Of a stretch of 64,000 nucleotides of DNA, positions 17,976 to 27,926 are shown piece by piece (positions within the stretch are counted from its first letter, which is position 1; each line of letters begins with the position of its first letter). The notes beneath the pieces are model-generated. The model was given only the letters and a program-made list of their open reading frames with translations. It did not search any database and was not told the DNA's origin. Origin of the DNA: an uncultured SAR86 cluster bacterium (GTDB lineage Bacteria > Pseudomonadota > Gammaproteobacteria > Magnimaribacterales > D2472); the NCBI GenBank assembly GCA_902558095.1, contig CACECP010000001.1, forward strand, positions 11,353 through 75,352, read 5' to 3'. A program made the position numbers and the translations under genes.

Positions 17976-19736
17976 ATGGAAAAATTTAATGATTTTTTAG
18001 TTCTATTAGATGCAAACCTAAGTGGTTCATGGTGGTTTCCTGCCTTGCTAATAGGAACAGGAATATTTTTTACTATTTATTTAGGACTGCCACAGTTTAA
18101 GTATTTTAAAAGTGCTCTTAAGATTGTTTCTGGTAAAACTAAATCATCTGACTCTGAGGGTGAAACAACTGGATTTCAGGCACTTACAACTGCTATGTCA
18201 GGAGCAGTTGGAACTGGAAATATTGGTGGCGTAGCTCTAGCAATATGGACAGGCGGACCTGCAGCAATATTTTGGATGTGGATCACTGCAATTTTTGGCA
18301 TGACAACTAAATTTGTTGAAGTTACCTTAGGTCATAAATATAGAACTAAACTTTCTGATGGATCTATATCTGGTGGTCCAATGTACTACATAGAACAAGG
18401 CCTAAATATGAAATGGGTAGCCATTTTATTTGCTTTTCTGATGATGATTACAGCTATTGGATCAGGCAATATGCCTCAAATTAATAATATTGCACTTGTA
18501 ATGAATACTGAATTTTCAGTACCAAAATTATTTACAGGATTATTCTTAGGTGCTTTGCTTTGGATAATAATAATCGGTGGTATTAAAAGAATAGCTTCCG
18601 TTGCAAGCAAAATAATTCCGATCATGGGTTTAATTTATTTTGGGGGAGCTTTAATTATATTAATAGAAAATTATCAAAATATAATTCCATCATTCCACGC
18701 TATCTTTGCTCAAGTGTTTACTGGCTCAGCAGCAATGGGTGGCTTCTTAGGTGCAAGTTTTGCAATGAGTTTAAAGTATGGTGTTGCAAGAGGACTTTAT
18801 TCAAATGAAGCAGGCCAGGGTTCTTCACCTATAGCTCATGCTTCTTCAAAAAATAAATCAATTGATCAAGGTGTAGTTTCAATTCTAGAACCATTCATTG
18901 ATACCATAGTTGTTTGTAGTGTTACCGCATTAGTTATCTTATCAAGTGGTGTATGGACACAAAAATTTGATACAACATTTTCTCAAACAGATATGGTGAT
19001 ACTTGCTGATCAATATAGCGATGAAAAAAATATTGATGGTGATTATTTATATCCTGATCATATCATTGAGTTAAATAAATATGTTCAATCAGTTGATTCA
19101 AATATTAAAAATTACACTGGGAAATTAAATGTCCTAAACGGTAAATTAACCGAGAATAATGTAACTGTTTTACATGCCAGATCAATAGCTGAAGATATAA
19201 CCATTACCTCAGGAGGTTCTCCTTATTATAGAGCTACTTTAGAAGGTGTAAAATTTGACAATTTATCCTACGATCAATTCATAGCGATATCCAATTACAC
19301 AAATGAATTAGAGACAAATCTTTATTCTGGTTTGCTGGATGTTAAAGATGGAAAAATAACAGAATCTGTAACTGTCGAAGGAAAATCTCTTGTTAGCTCA
19401 GCCGAACTTACTGCAAAAGCGTTCTCGCAGGGTGTCATGGGAGAATATGGTGGAAAATTAGTAGCAATTGCTTTGTTACTTTTTGCTTTCTCAACTGCAA
19501 TTACATGGTGTTATTACGGTGACAGGTCTACAGCATATATTTTTGGAGAGAAAGGCGTCATTTGGTACAGAAATTTCTATGTTCTATGTTTTATTCTTGC
19601 TGCTGTTATTGATACCACTGTTGTATGGAATATAGCTTATGTTGTTGTAGCTCTAGTATCTATACCTAATTTAATTGCTATGTTTGTATTAAGAAAAGAA
19701 ATGAAATTAATGTCGGACGATTTTAAAGTTAAATAA
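17976..19736 (+). CDS. Alanine/glycine:cation symporter (AGCS family) with a large inserted loop
   Basis: GFQALTTAMSGAVGTGNIGGVA, SNEAGQGSSPIAHA, LLLFAFSTAITWCYYG. 586 aa, with about 140 extra residues between TM segments. Confidence 0.85.
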   Translation: MEKFNDFLVLLDANLSGSWWFPALLIGTGIFFTIYLGLPQFKYFKSALKIVSGKTKSSDSEGETTGFQALTTAMSGAVGTGNIGGVALAIWTGGPAAIFWMWITAIFGMTTKFVEVTLGHKYRTKLSDGSISGGPMYYIEQGLNMKWVAILFAFLMMITAIGSGNMPQINNIALVMNTEFSVPKLFTGLFLGALLWIIIIGGIKRIASVASKIIPIMGLIYFGGALIILIENYQNIIPSFHAIFAQVFTGSAAMGGFLGASFAMSLKYGVARGLYSNEAGQGSSPIAHASSKNKSIDQGVVSILEPFIDTIVVCSVTALVILSSGVWTQKFDTTFSQTDMVILADQYSDEKNIDGDYLYPDHIIELNKYVQSVDSNIKNYTGKLNVLNGKLTENNVTVLHARSIAEDITITSGGSPYYRATLEGVKFDNLSYDQFIAISNYTNELETNLYSGLLDVKDGKITESVTVEGKSLVSSAELTAKAFSQGVMGEYGGKLVAIALLLFAFSTAITWCYYGDRSTAYIFGEKGVIWYRNFYVLCFILAAVIDTTVVWNIAYVVVALVSIPNLIAMFVLRKEMKLMSDDFKVK

Positions 19737-19750
19737 TTTCTATTAATTAC

Positions 19751-21028
19751 ATGAAATTTTTAAGATATTTTTCAATCTTTGTAATTATTTCTTGTGGTGG
19801 TGGTTCTGGAGGCTCGTCTATGAACGAGGTTCAATTATTTCCATCTATTACTTCATTTAACTCATCATCTACATCAATTTATGTAAATGAATCGATATCA
19901 TTATCATGGCAATCTACTAACACATCCTCATGCACAGCAAGCGGTGATTGGAGTGGTAATAAGAATATAAATGGCTCTGAAACATTAACTCTTACAGAAA
20001 TCAGAAATCATACTTTTACGTTAAGCTGTAATGGTAATAACAATAATGTAAATTCAACTATATCTGTTGATGTTATTGAGTCTAGTGATGATATATATGA
20101 AATAGATAAAGAATCGTATTGCAGAATTCCAAACAATAATTCTTCAAATTATTGGATAGATCAATTTGATAACAATACGCTCGATCCAAGTATATATAGT
20201 TACCAATTAGGAAATGGCTTTTTTGCAAATGGAACATGGGTTGCAGGATGGGGCAATAACGAACAACAATATTACACAGGACCTGGAACTGGTTATGCTA
20301 AAAATTATAGTTCAATCACAAATACAACTGAAAATGCGTTTATTGAAGACGGATACCTAAAAATTCAACCTATATATGATAATAATGATCCGTTCCCTGA
20401 TCCTTATTGTAGTGATAAAGATTGTCAAACTACATGGGACTATACTTCTGCTAGGATTATCACATCAACCAATAAAGTTATAAGTCCTGGTAATGAAATA
20501 ACAGTTTGTTTTAGAGTGCCAGATGGAACTGGTCATTGGCCTGCAGTATGGATGTTACCCCAAGGATTTATAGAAGGAACTAAAACTTGGCCTCAAGATG
20601 GCGAAATTGATTTAATGGAGGCTAGGGGCAGAATTCCGCAAGCAATAGGCTCAGCAATTCATTTTGCCAATAGCAATAATTCACATCAATATATAAGTCA
20701 TGAGGTTTCAGTACCAATGAATGTTAATTTTCAAGATAAGTTTCATTCAGTAACTTTTAAGTGGACTGAAAATAGTATTGAAATGTATCTTGATACAAAT
20801 AATGAACCATTCTATTCAGAGGGAAAAAATTCTGCTCCATTTAATAATGCAAATTATCCATTCAATAATCAATTTTATCTCTTACTCAATGTTGCCTCAG
20901 GAGGCAATTTTGATTCAAATCAATTAGATCCAACTAAATTTTGTAATAATGAACAATGTACTAATTTATCTGAGCCTGATAAAGGAAGATTTTTAATTGA
21001 TTACATAGAGATTAAATCAATTGACTGA
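19751..21028 (+). CDS. Lipoprotein with N-terminal beta-sandwich domain and GH16 glycoside hydrolase domain (laminarinase-like)
   Basis: Lipobox IISCGGGSGGS. GH16 catalytic ExDxxE in WPQDGEIDLMEARG, preceded by HWPAVWMLP. Confidence 0.8.
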   Translation: MKFLRYFSIFVIISCGGGSGGSSMNEVQLFPSITSFNSSSTSIYVNESISLSWQSTNTSSCTASGDWSGNKNINGSETLTLTEIRNHTFTLSCNGNNNNVNSTISVDVIESSDDIYEIDKESYCRIPNNNSSNYWIDQFDNNTLDPSIYSYQLGNGFFANGTWVAGWGNNEQQYYTGPGTGYAKNYSSITNTTENAFIEDGYLKIQPIYDNNDPFPDPYCSDKDCQTTWDYTSARIITSTNKVISPGNEITVCFRVPDGTGHWPAVWMLPQGFIEGTKTWPQDGEIDLMEARGRIPQAIGSAIHFANSNNSHQYISHEVSVPMNVNFQDKFHSVTFKWTENSIEMYLDTNNEPFYSEGKNSAPFNNANYPFNNQFYLLLNVASGGNFDSNQLDPTKFCNNEQCTNLSEPDKGRFLIDYIEIKSID

Positions 21029-22045
21029 TAGTAATGAAACGATTTCTAGATGCTTAGTATTTGGAAATTGATCAAATATTTCAATTTTTTTAATTTTATG
21101 GTTGTTAAGTAGGCCGACATCTCGTAAATATGTTTCAGGATTACATGAAATATAAATAATATTATCAAATCCATTTATTAACTGAATAACATCATGCGTT
21201 AATCCAGACCGAGGTGGGTCTACCAGGATATGTGAAAAATTGTATTCACTTATATTCTTATTATTCATTCTATTAAAATTTCTACCATTAAAAAGCTCAA
21301 CAACTTCTGATGATGATAATCTTGCAAAATCTATATTCTTTATATTATTTTTAATAATTGCTTGTTTGAGACACTTAATTGATGATCTATTATTTTCAGT
21401 TACAAAAACTCTATCAAAACTAGTTGCTAGAGGCATGCTAAATGTTCCAACTCCGCAATATAATTCAATTAAATCACCTGTATTATTAAAACCTGTATAT
21501 GAAAGAACTTTATCAATCATTTTTGTCAACAAGAATCTATTAGGCTGATAAAAACAATTGTCAGTTTGATATGTCGTTAAATTTAAATTTTTCAATCTTA
21601 TAGCGTCTTTAAAAAATTGATTTATTTCAGGATATATTTCGTTTTTAGCCCTTAAAATAATTTTTACATTTAAATCAATTAATTTAGTATTTAATTTATC
21701 TCTTAAGTCTTTAATTTCGTCAGTTAGATGTTTGTGATAAATAAGTGTAGCAAGAACTTCTTTGCTTGAATTAGATCTAAAATTAATTTGAAATAATTTT
21801 TTATTTAGTAATTCTGAATTATTAATTTCATAAAGTAAAATTGGCATTACTTTTTGAATAGATGATGATGCATTAATAAATGATTTTAGAAATATCTTTG
21901 ATTTACCATCATGCATTGCATAAGAATTATTTGTATAAGTAAATTCACATCTGCTCCTATAGGATGATGAGGGGCTAAAATTTATATTAATATTCTCTGA
22001 ATAATATTTTGAGATATCAGATTTAAATTTCTTGAACTTATCCAT
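21017..22045 (-). CDS. trmA: tRNA/tmRNA (uracil-C5)-methyltransferase
   Basis: FYQPN, LIELYCGVGTFSMPLA, VDPPRSGL, YISCNPETYLRD. Confidence 0.85.
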   Translation of the reverse strand: MDKFKKFKSDISKYYSENININFSPSSSYRSRCEFTYTNNSYAMHDGKSKIFLKSFINASSSIQKVMPILLYEINNSELLNKKLFQINFRSNSSKEVLATLIYHKHLTDEIKDLRDKLNTKLIDLNVKIILRAKNEIYPEINQFFKDAIRLKNLNLTTYQTDNCFYQPNRFLLTKMIDKVLSYTGFNNTGDLIELYCGVGTFSMPLATSFDRVFVTENNRSSIKCLKQAIIKNNIKNIDFARLSSSEVVELFNGRNFNRMNNKNISEYNFSHILVDPPRSGLTHDVIQLINGFDNIIYISCNPETYLRDVGLLNNHKIKKIEIFDQFPNTKHLEIVSLLSVN

Positions 22046-22046
22046 T

Positions 22047-22211
22047 TTAAATAAATATTCTAGTTATTAATAATACAAATCCTATAAATAAAATATTAAG
22101 AACTAAGAAAAGAAAAATTATTTTTTTCAATGAAATGCTTTTAAGGTCATCATTTAGATCACTTTTTTTTCTTATTCCAAAAAAAGAACTTATAATTCTA
22201 GTAAACCACAT
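22047..22211 (-). CDS. Small membrane protein, DUF2970-like (ORF not in supplied track)
   Basis: My translation: MWFTRIISSFFGIRKKSDLNDDLKSISLKKIIFLFLVLNILFIGFVLLITRIFI (54 aa). It has an amphipathic N-terminus, a basic patch and one TM segment, as I recall for DUF2970. It fills an otherwise empty 172-nt gap. Confidence 0.4.
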   Translation of the reverse strand: MWFTRIISSFFGIRKKSDLNDDLKSISLKKIIFLFLVLNILFIGFVLLITRIFI

Positions 22212-22217
22212 AATAAT

Positions 22218-22805
22218 ATGAGTGAATTTATCAAAATAACAGAATCAGCAGAGGAATATCTAGCTAAACTTATTCATGATAAAAATGAAACTGATTTATC
22301 AATCAGGATTTTTATTTCTGATCCTGGTACTCCAAAAGCTGAAACTTGTCTAGCATATTGTAAACCAGAAGAAGCAATGCCAGATGATATGATTATTAAT
22401 TTAAATCTTATAAATATAAATATTGAAAAACGAAGCATACCTTTTTTAAAAGATTGTGAAGTAAATTATGATAACGACACATTTGGTGGACAGCTTACAA
22501 TAAAAGCTCCTAATGCTAGGTTACCAAATATTTCACCTAATAGTCCTGTTGAAGATCGGATTAATTATGTTATTTATAATGAAATAAATCCAATGCTTGA
22601 ATCACATGGAGGTGAAGTAAGTTTAGTTGAATTTAAAAATAATGAGGCTGTTCTTCAATTTGGAGGTGGTTGTCAAGGATGTGGAATGGTTGACGTCACT
22701 TTGAAAGATGGCATTGAAAAAACACTTGTTGAACAAATACCCGAAGTAAAAAATGTCAAAGATCTTACTGACCATTCAATAGACGATAACGCTTATTACA
22801 AATAA
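22218..22805 (+). CDS. nfuA: Fe/S biogenesis protein NfuA
   Basis: Degenerate A-type N-terminal domain plus a Nfu domain with GGGCQGCGMVDVTLKDGIE. Confidence 0.9.
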   Translation: MSEFIKITESAEEYLAKLIHDKNETDLSIRIFISDPGTPKAETCLAYCKPEEAMPDDMIINLNLININIEKRSIPFLKDCEVNYDNDTFGGQLTIKAPNARLPNISPNSPVEDRINYVIYNEINPMLESHGGEVSLVEFKNNEAVLQFGGGCQGCGMVDVTLKDGIEKTLVEQIPEVKNVKDLTDHSIDDNAYYK

Positions 22806-23426
22806 CTAAATCTCTTCTATTGATAAAATAACTCCAAAAAATGGATGATCAAAAAGATATACTTCTTCATTAAAAACTCTTTGTTTAATATTTATATATT
22901 TACTTATTTTTTTATCTTTTAAGAATGCATCTAATTCAACATGCATGAATCTTTTTTTATAAAATTTTATTAAAAATCCTATATTTTCTTCGTCATCAAT
23001 GTAGATCAAAAAACGATCTGATTTTAACTCTGGAATTGTTTGTATCCATGACTTAGATTTTAGAAGAGTTATATTTTTATTTTTATTTAGATTATTTCTT
23101 AAATTAGTTAATTTAATGAGTTCATCACTATCTCTATACCAAATTTGTGGATACAGCTTTTTTGCATTAGATATATCTTTTGATAAAACTGCATCAATGT
23201 AATCTGCAATATTAGAAAAATTACTATTTTTAGAATTTTTTTTATTATCAAAAAATTTTACATGATCACCATTTGGTATTTCGTAAAAGGTTTTGAATTC
23301 TTCATCTGTAATAGCTTGATCATATTTATATATCAGCATTTCAATCTTATATTCATTTTTTATATCCTCTGCTTCAATTTGCAAAGTAAAAAGAATAAAA
23401 AAAACTAAAAATTTATAAAATTTCAT
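22806..23426 (-). CDS. Secreted protein, CsiV-like (putative peptidoglycan-binding)
   Basis: Signal peptide. YKIEMLIYKY near the N-terminus and a C-terminal LFDHPFFGVILSIEE, resembling the CsiV family as I recall it. It lies immediately downstream of mfd and overlaps it by 14 nt. Confidence 0.45.
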   Translation of the reverse strand: MKFYKFLVFFILFTLQIEAEDIKNEYKIEMLIYKYDQAITDEEFKTFYEIPNGDHVKFFDNKKNSKNSNFSNIADYIDAVLSKDISNAKKLYPQIWYRDSDELIKLTNLRNNLNKNKNITLLKSKSWIQTIPELKSDRFLIYIDDEENIGFLIKFYKKRFMHVELDAFLKDKKISKYINIKQRVFNEEVYLFDHPFFGVILSIEEI

Positions 23427-26400
23427 CTAATAACAGATTAACATTTTTCCTTCTAATTTCTGAATCGATTTCATTATTTTTATAAATAAATTTATCTTCT
23501 TTATTAATTGAATAGATGTCACTATCTTTCGATATTAATTTTAGAAATTTGTTCAAGATATCATTGTTTAATTCATTAGACAGATTAAAGTTTGTATTTT
23601 TAAAATTTGATTTAATTGATTTAATGCCTGTTTGAGAAATTCTTATTCCAATTTTTTTGTTATTGATTAAATTGTTTACTTCAATAGGCATAGCACCGCA
23701 ACGATCTATGAGATTCTTACTTATATCATTCAATTCATCAATTGTAATTGATTCTTCAATTTTTCTATAAATCTTCAATCTTTCAATGGGAGAGGGTAGA
23801 TAGGATGAATCAATATAAGCTGAATCATTAAAATTAACCTCAGGTTTATTTTCTAGTTCTATAGATTTTAATGTAGATGTATTAATAGCTTTATTGAGCA
23901 TAGATAGATAAAGAGACATACCAACGTTATTTACATGACCGCTTTGTTTTTCTCCTAACATTTCACCACCACCTCTAATCTCAAGATCCTCTTGAGCAAT
24001 CATAAAACCCTCACCAAGATTAGAGTTTTCCATTATTGAATCTAGTCTTGTTCTTGAAATTTTTGGAATTTCTATGTCAGGTATTAAAAAGTAGCAATAG
24101 GCCTGTCTATTAGATCTTCCAATTCTTCCTCTTAATTGATGAAGTTGAGATAAACCAAAATTCTGTGAATTTATAATTAACATTGTATTTGCATTAGGAA
24201 TATCTAGTCCCATTTCAACAATAGTTGTACAGATTAATGCATCTAGTGAGCCGTTTTTAAATTCATTCATTACTTTCTTAATATTTTTTTTACTCAGTCT
24301 TCCATGAGCTATTCCTAATTCAAAATCTGGCAATAATTCATTAATTTGTTCTCTTGTTCTTTCAATTTTTTCAATATCATTTTGTATGATAAAAGATTGA
24401 CCACCTCTTGATTTTTCCCGAATTAGCGCCTCCTTAAAAATTTGATTTGTATGAATTTTTAAAAAAGATTTAATATTAATTCTATTTGATGGAGCGGTAT
24501 GTAGGAATGAAAAATCTTTTAATCCTGAAAATACCATGTTCATTGTCCTTGGAATAGGCGTTGCTGATAAATAAAGAACATGACAATTTTCTTGTTTATT
24601 TTTTATATAGTTTTTTTGTTTTATACCAAATTTATGCTCTTCGTCGATTATCAATAATCCCGTATTTTTAAAATTTATTTCATCATTAAAAATAATATGA
24701 GTGCCAATAAGAATATCTATTTTATTAGAATTAAAATCATCAATTAATTGGTTTTTTTTATCTTTTGATACAAATCTATTTAATTTACCAATTGATACAC
24801 CGAAATTTCTAAATCTTTGTAAAAATGAATTGTAGTGCTGGTCACTTAATATAGTACTTGGTGTTATTACTATAATTTGTTTTGAAGAATTCACGGCAAC
24901 AAAAGCTGATTTCATTGCTACTTCAGTTTTACCAAATCCCACATCACCACATAAAACCCTATTCATTGGCTTGATTAGTGAAAGATCTTTTCTTATATCA
25001 TTGAATGAAGATATTTGATCAGGAGTTTCAATATAAGGAAAATCATCCTTAAATTCTTTCATTGTATCTTCACTAACTTTTAAACTATGTGCCAATGAAT
25101 TTAATCTTCGTGATTCTATATCAAGTATCTCAGCAGCATGATCTATGGCTCTTTTTGAAGCTTTTTCTTTTTTAGATGACCATTTTTTTGATGAAAGAGA
25201 ATCAAGCTCTAGAGTATCGGAAATTTCTTTTTTATGATAACTAGATAGTTTATTAATATTATTTAAAGGAACATAGAGGACCTCATTTTTTGCATAAATA
25301 ATCTTTATATATTCATTTAATTTATTATCAGCCTCTACTATTTCCAGTCCAGAATATCTACCAAGACCATAATCTTCATGAATGACATATTCGTTCTTAT
25401 TAAATGTTTTATTTGATTCAATAAATCTTGATTGGCTTACTTGGTCATTTCTTGGTCTTATAACATTATCAAGATTTTCCATATGTAAAATGTAAGTATT
25501 GGCATTTTTTAAAAACATAGGTCTTACAATTTCACCAAGCATTAGATTTAGTTGACTATCTAAGTTATATAATTCTTTGGTAATAGATAGGTTCGGAGAT
25601 CTTATACTTATTAGATCTTCAAAATCATCTGCATTAGATGCCATAATTATGTAGTTATCTTTTTTCAATAAAATTTCTTCATAATCAGATATCAAGTCTT
25701 CAATTTTGTTATAAGGACAATCAAATGATTCCAGTCTTATTGACTTAATATTCTTTATATTATTAATTATTTCATTCATACCAATATATAAATCTTCTGG
25801 TTTAATAAGGGGACGATTTATTTCGTTTGACTCGTCATTAAATCTTTCATTTATAAAGGTTTTGTAGTCCAGAATTTCTGAATTAAGATCTTCAAATTTT
25901 ATATATTCATAATTAGAGAATATTTCAAAGAATGAAGATGTATTTTTAAAAAAGAAGGGAAGATATATTTCAATGCCCTCTACAGGTATTTGGTTTTTAA
26001 TATTTTGAAACAATGAACAATAACGTTCATCAAAGTCACTAAAATATTCTCGCCAACTATCTATAAATAGATTTATTGTTGATTTATCAAATGAAATGAA
26101 ATCACCTTTTGTTAGAGAAAAGTTTTTAGTCTCTTTTATTGATAGCTGATTATCTATGTTAAAAAATCTTATTGATTCTATTTTGTCATCGAATATTTCT
26201 ACTCTTAAGGGATTCTTATATATCGGGGTATAAATATCAATTATTCCACCTCTAACAGTATATTCATTAATATTTTCAACATTATCTTTTTTAATATAAT
26301 TCAATGATTCTAAAATCTTAATAAGCTCATTTAATGAAATCTGTGAACCAACTTCATAACTTTTCTTTGATTTAAAGTTATCAATAGTAGGATATCTATC

Positions 26401-26697
26401 AAATAGGTTTTTAATTGAAGTAATTAAAATATGTTTATCTTGAGAATTGTTATTTATGATTTTAAATCTTTTTTTGTTGATATTCTTTGGTATTGAAAAA
26501 TGGTCATAGGGTAAGATTTCATTTTCTGGAAAGAGTTTTATTTTCTCTTTATCAACTAATAAACCTAGCTCATTTTGAAGATATAAAGCTTCCTTATTAT
26601 TTTTTACTAAAATACAAATAGGTTTATTTGAATTAAGAAAGTAGTTTAATAACGAATAAGAATAGTTTTGATGTTTTTTATATTTATTTTTGAGCAT
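23413..26697 (-). CDS. mfd: Transcription-repair coupling factor
   Basis: 1094 aa. Helicase motifs GDVGFGKTEVAM and DEEHKFG, QLHQLRGRIGRS, and a TRG-like region. Confidence 0.95.
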   Translation of the reverse strand: MLKNKYKKHQNYSYSLLNYFLNSNKPICILVKNNKEALYLQNELGLLVDKEKIKLFPENEILPYDHFSIPKNINKKRFKIINNNSQDKHILITSIKNLFDRYPTIDNFKSKKSYEVGSQISLNELIKILESLNYIKKDNVENINEYTVRGGIIDIYTPIYKNPLRVEIFDDKIESIRFFNIDNQLSIKETKNFSLTKGDFISFDKSTINLFIDSWREYFSDFDERYCSLFQNIKNQIPVEGIEIYLPFFFKNTSSFFEIFSNYEYIKFEDLNSEILDYKTFINERFNDESNEINRPLIKPEDLYIGMNEIINNIKNIKSIRLESFDCPYNKIEDLISDYEEILLKKDNYIIMASNADDFEDLISIRSPNLSITKELYNLDSQLNLMLGEIVRPMFLKNANTYILHMENLDNVIRPRNDQVSQSRFIESNKTFNKNEYVIHEDYGLGRYSGLEIVEADNKLNEYIKIIYAKNEVLYVPLNNINKLSSYHKKEISDTLELDSLSSKKWSSKKEKASKRAIDHAAEILDIESRRLNSLAHSLKVSEDTMKEFKDDFPYIETPDQISSFNDIRKDLSLIKPMNRVLCGDVGFGKTEVAMKSAFVAVNSSKQIIVITPSTILSDQHYNSFLQRFRNFGVSIGKLNRFVSKDKKNQLIDDFNSNKIDILIGTHIIFNDEINFKNTGLLIIDEEHKFGIKQKNYIKNKQENCHVLYLSATPIPRTMNMVFSGLKDFSFLHTAPSNRINIKSFLKIHTNQIFKEALIREKSRGGQSFIIQNDIEKIERTREQINELLPDFELGIAHGRLSKKNIKKVMNEFKNGSLDALICTTIVEMGLDIPNANTMLIINSQNFGLSQLHQLRGRIGRSNRQAYCYFLIPDIEIPKISRTRLDSIMENSNLGEGFMIAQEDLEIRGGGEMLGEKQSGHVNNVGMSLYLSMLNKAINTSTLKSIELENKPEVNFNDSAYIDSSYLPSPIERLKIYRKIEESITIDELNDISKNLIDRCGAMPIEVNNLINNKKIGIRISQTGIKSIKSNFKNTNFNLSNELNNDILNKFLKLISKDSDIYSINKEDKFIYKNNEIDSEIRRKNVNLLLDEIL

Positions 26698-26754
26698 CTA
26701 GTTGTGTATAATGAGGCCTTATTCTATCAATCAAAATTTATTTTAAAAGGAATT

Positions 26755-27924
26755 ATGGACATAAACTTTAGTAAAGAGGATATTGCTTTTAGGGATGAAG
26801 TCAGAGAATGGTTGGCTAATGACTATCCAAAGCATGTGAAAGAAAAAACTGATAATGGTATTGCTTTAACCAAACAAGACATGATTGATTATCATAAAGC
26901 CATTTCTAAGAAGGGTTGGATGGGTTATAACTGGCCTGTAGAGTATGGTGGAACAGGTTGGTCATCTACACAGTTATATATATTTAATAAAGAATTTGGT
27001 CTTGCAGGTTGCCCACCTTTGTTAGCCTTTGGTGTAAGCATGGTTGCTCCAGTTATATGGACATTTGGTAACGATGAACAGAAAAAAAGATTTTTACCAG
27101 ATATATTAGAATTTAATACATGGTGGTGTCAGGGATATTCTGAACCAGGATCTGGTTCTGATTTGGCTTCACTTAAAACTAAGGCTGTTTTAGACGGAGA
27201 TCATTATGTTGTCAATGGATCTAAAACATGGACTACTTTAGCTCAAAATGCAGATTGGATATTTTGTTTAGTAAGAACAGATAACAGTGGTATTAAGCAA
27301 GAGGGAATTTCATTTCTTTTAATTGATATGAAATCTCCAGGTATTGAAGTAAAGCCAATTATTACAATTGATGGTGAACACGAAGTTAATTCAGTATTTT
27401 TTACTGACGTAAGAGTCCCTGTCTCTAATCTTGTAGGCGAAGAAGGTAAAGGTTGGACATATGCTAAATTTTTACTTGCTCACGAAAGATTTGGAATTGC
27501 TGGACTTGGTGCATCTTTGAGATCATTAAATAGATTAAAAGATATTATTTCTAAATTAAATAATCCTGATTTAGAAAAGAAAGCACATGAGTTAGAGGTC
27601 GCATTATCTGCTATTGAAATAACTGAATTAAGATTGTTGTCAGCATTAGAAAATGGAGGACATCCTGGAGCAGAGTCATCTATTTTAAAAATTAAAGGTA
27701 CTGAAATGCAGCAAAATTTATCAGAATTATTTGTTGAAGCATCAGGTGAATATGCTCTAATGTATCCTGGTCCTCATGGCTATGGTAGCAATGACAAACC
27801 TTCTGGACCTGAATATGCAGCAGAGAGCTTGTCAGGATTCTTAAATTTAAGAAAAACTTCTATTTATGGTGGAAGTAATGAAATCCAAAAAAATATTTTA
27901 GCTAAGTTTGTATTAGGCGTTTAA
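26755..27924 (+). CDS. Acyl-CoA dehydrogenase family protein
   Basis: GYSEPGSGSDLASL, NGSKTWTT, IYGGSNEIQKNIL. I chose the ATG at 26755. The listed TTG start at 26668 would overlap the mfd start and adds only hydrophobic junk. Confidence 0.85.
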   Translation: MDINFSKEDIAFRDEVREWLANDYPKHVKEKTDNGIALTKQDMIDYHKAISKKGWMGYNWPVEYGGTGWSSTQLYIFNKEFGLAGCPPLLAFGVSMVAPVIWTFGNDEQKKRFLPDILEFNTWWCQGYSEPGSGSDLASLKTKAVLDGDHYVVNGSKTWTTLAQNADWIFCLVRTDNSGIKQEGISFLLIDMKSPGIEVKPIITIDGEHEVNSVFFTDVRVPVSNLVGEEGKGWTYAKFLLAHERFGIAGLGASLRSLNRLKDIISKLNNPDLEKKAHELEVALSAIEITELRLLSALENGGHPGAESSILKIKGTEMQQNLSELFVEASGEYALMYPGPHGYGSNDKPSGPEYAAESLSGFLNLRKTSIYGGSNEIQKNILAKFVLGV

Positions 27925-27926
27925 AT

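Noticed and set aside
22163-22170. T8/A8 homopolymer as a phase-variation switch.
   Set aside because: Homopolymer runs of this length are common throughout this AT-rich window. The ORF containing it is itself only tentatively called.
26668-26754. Longer N-terminus (MMFFIFIFEHLVVYNE...) for the first acyl-CoA dehydrogenase.
   Set aside because: It starts at a TTG that overlaps the mfd start codon region, and the extra 29 residues look like translated AT-rich spacer. The ACAD homology begins exactly at the ATG at 26755 (MDINFSKEDIAFRDEV).
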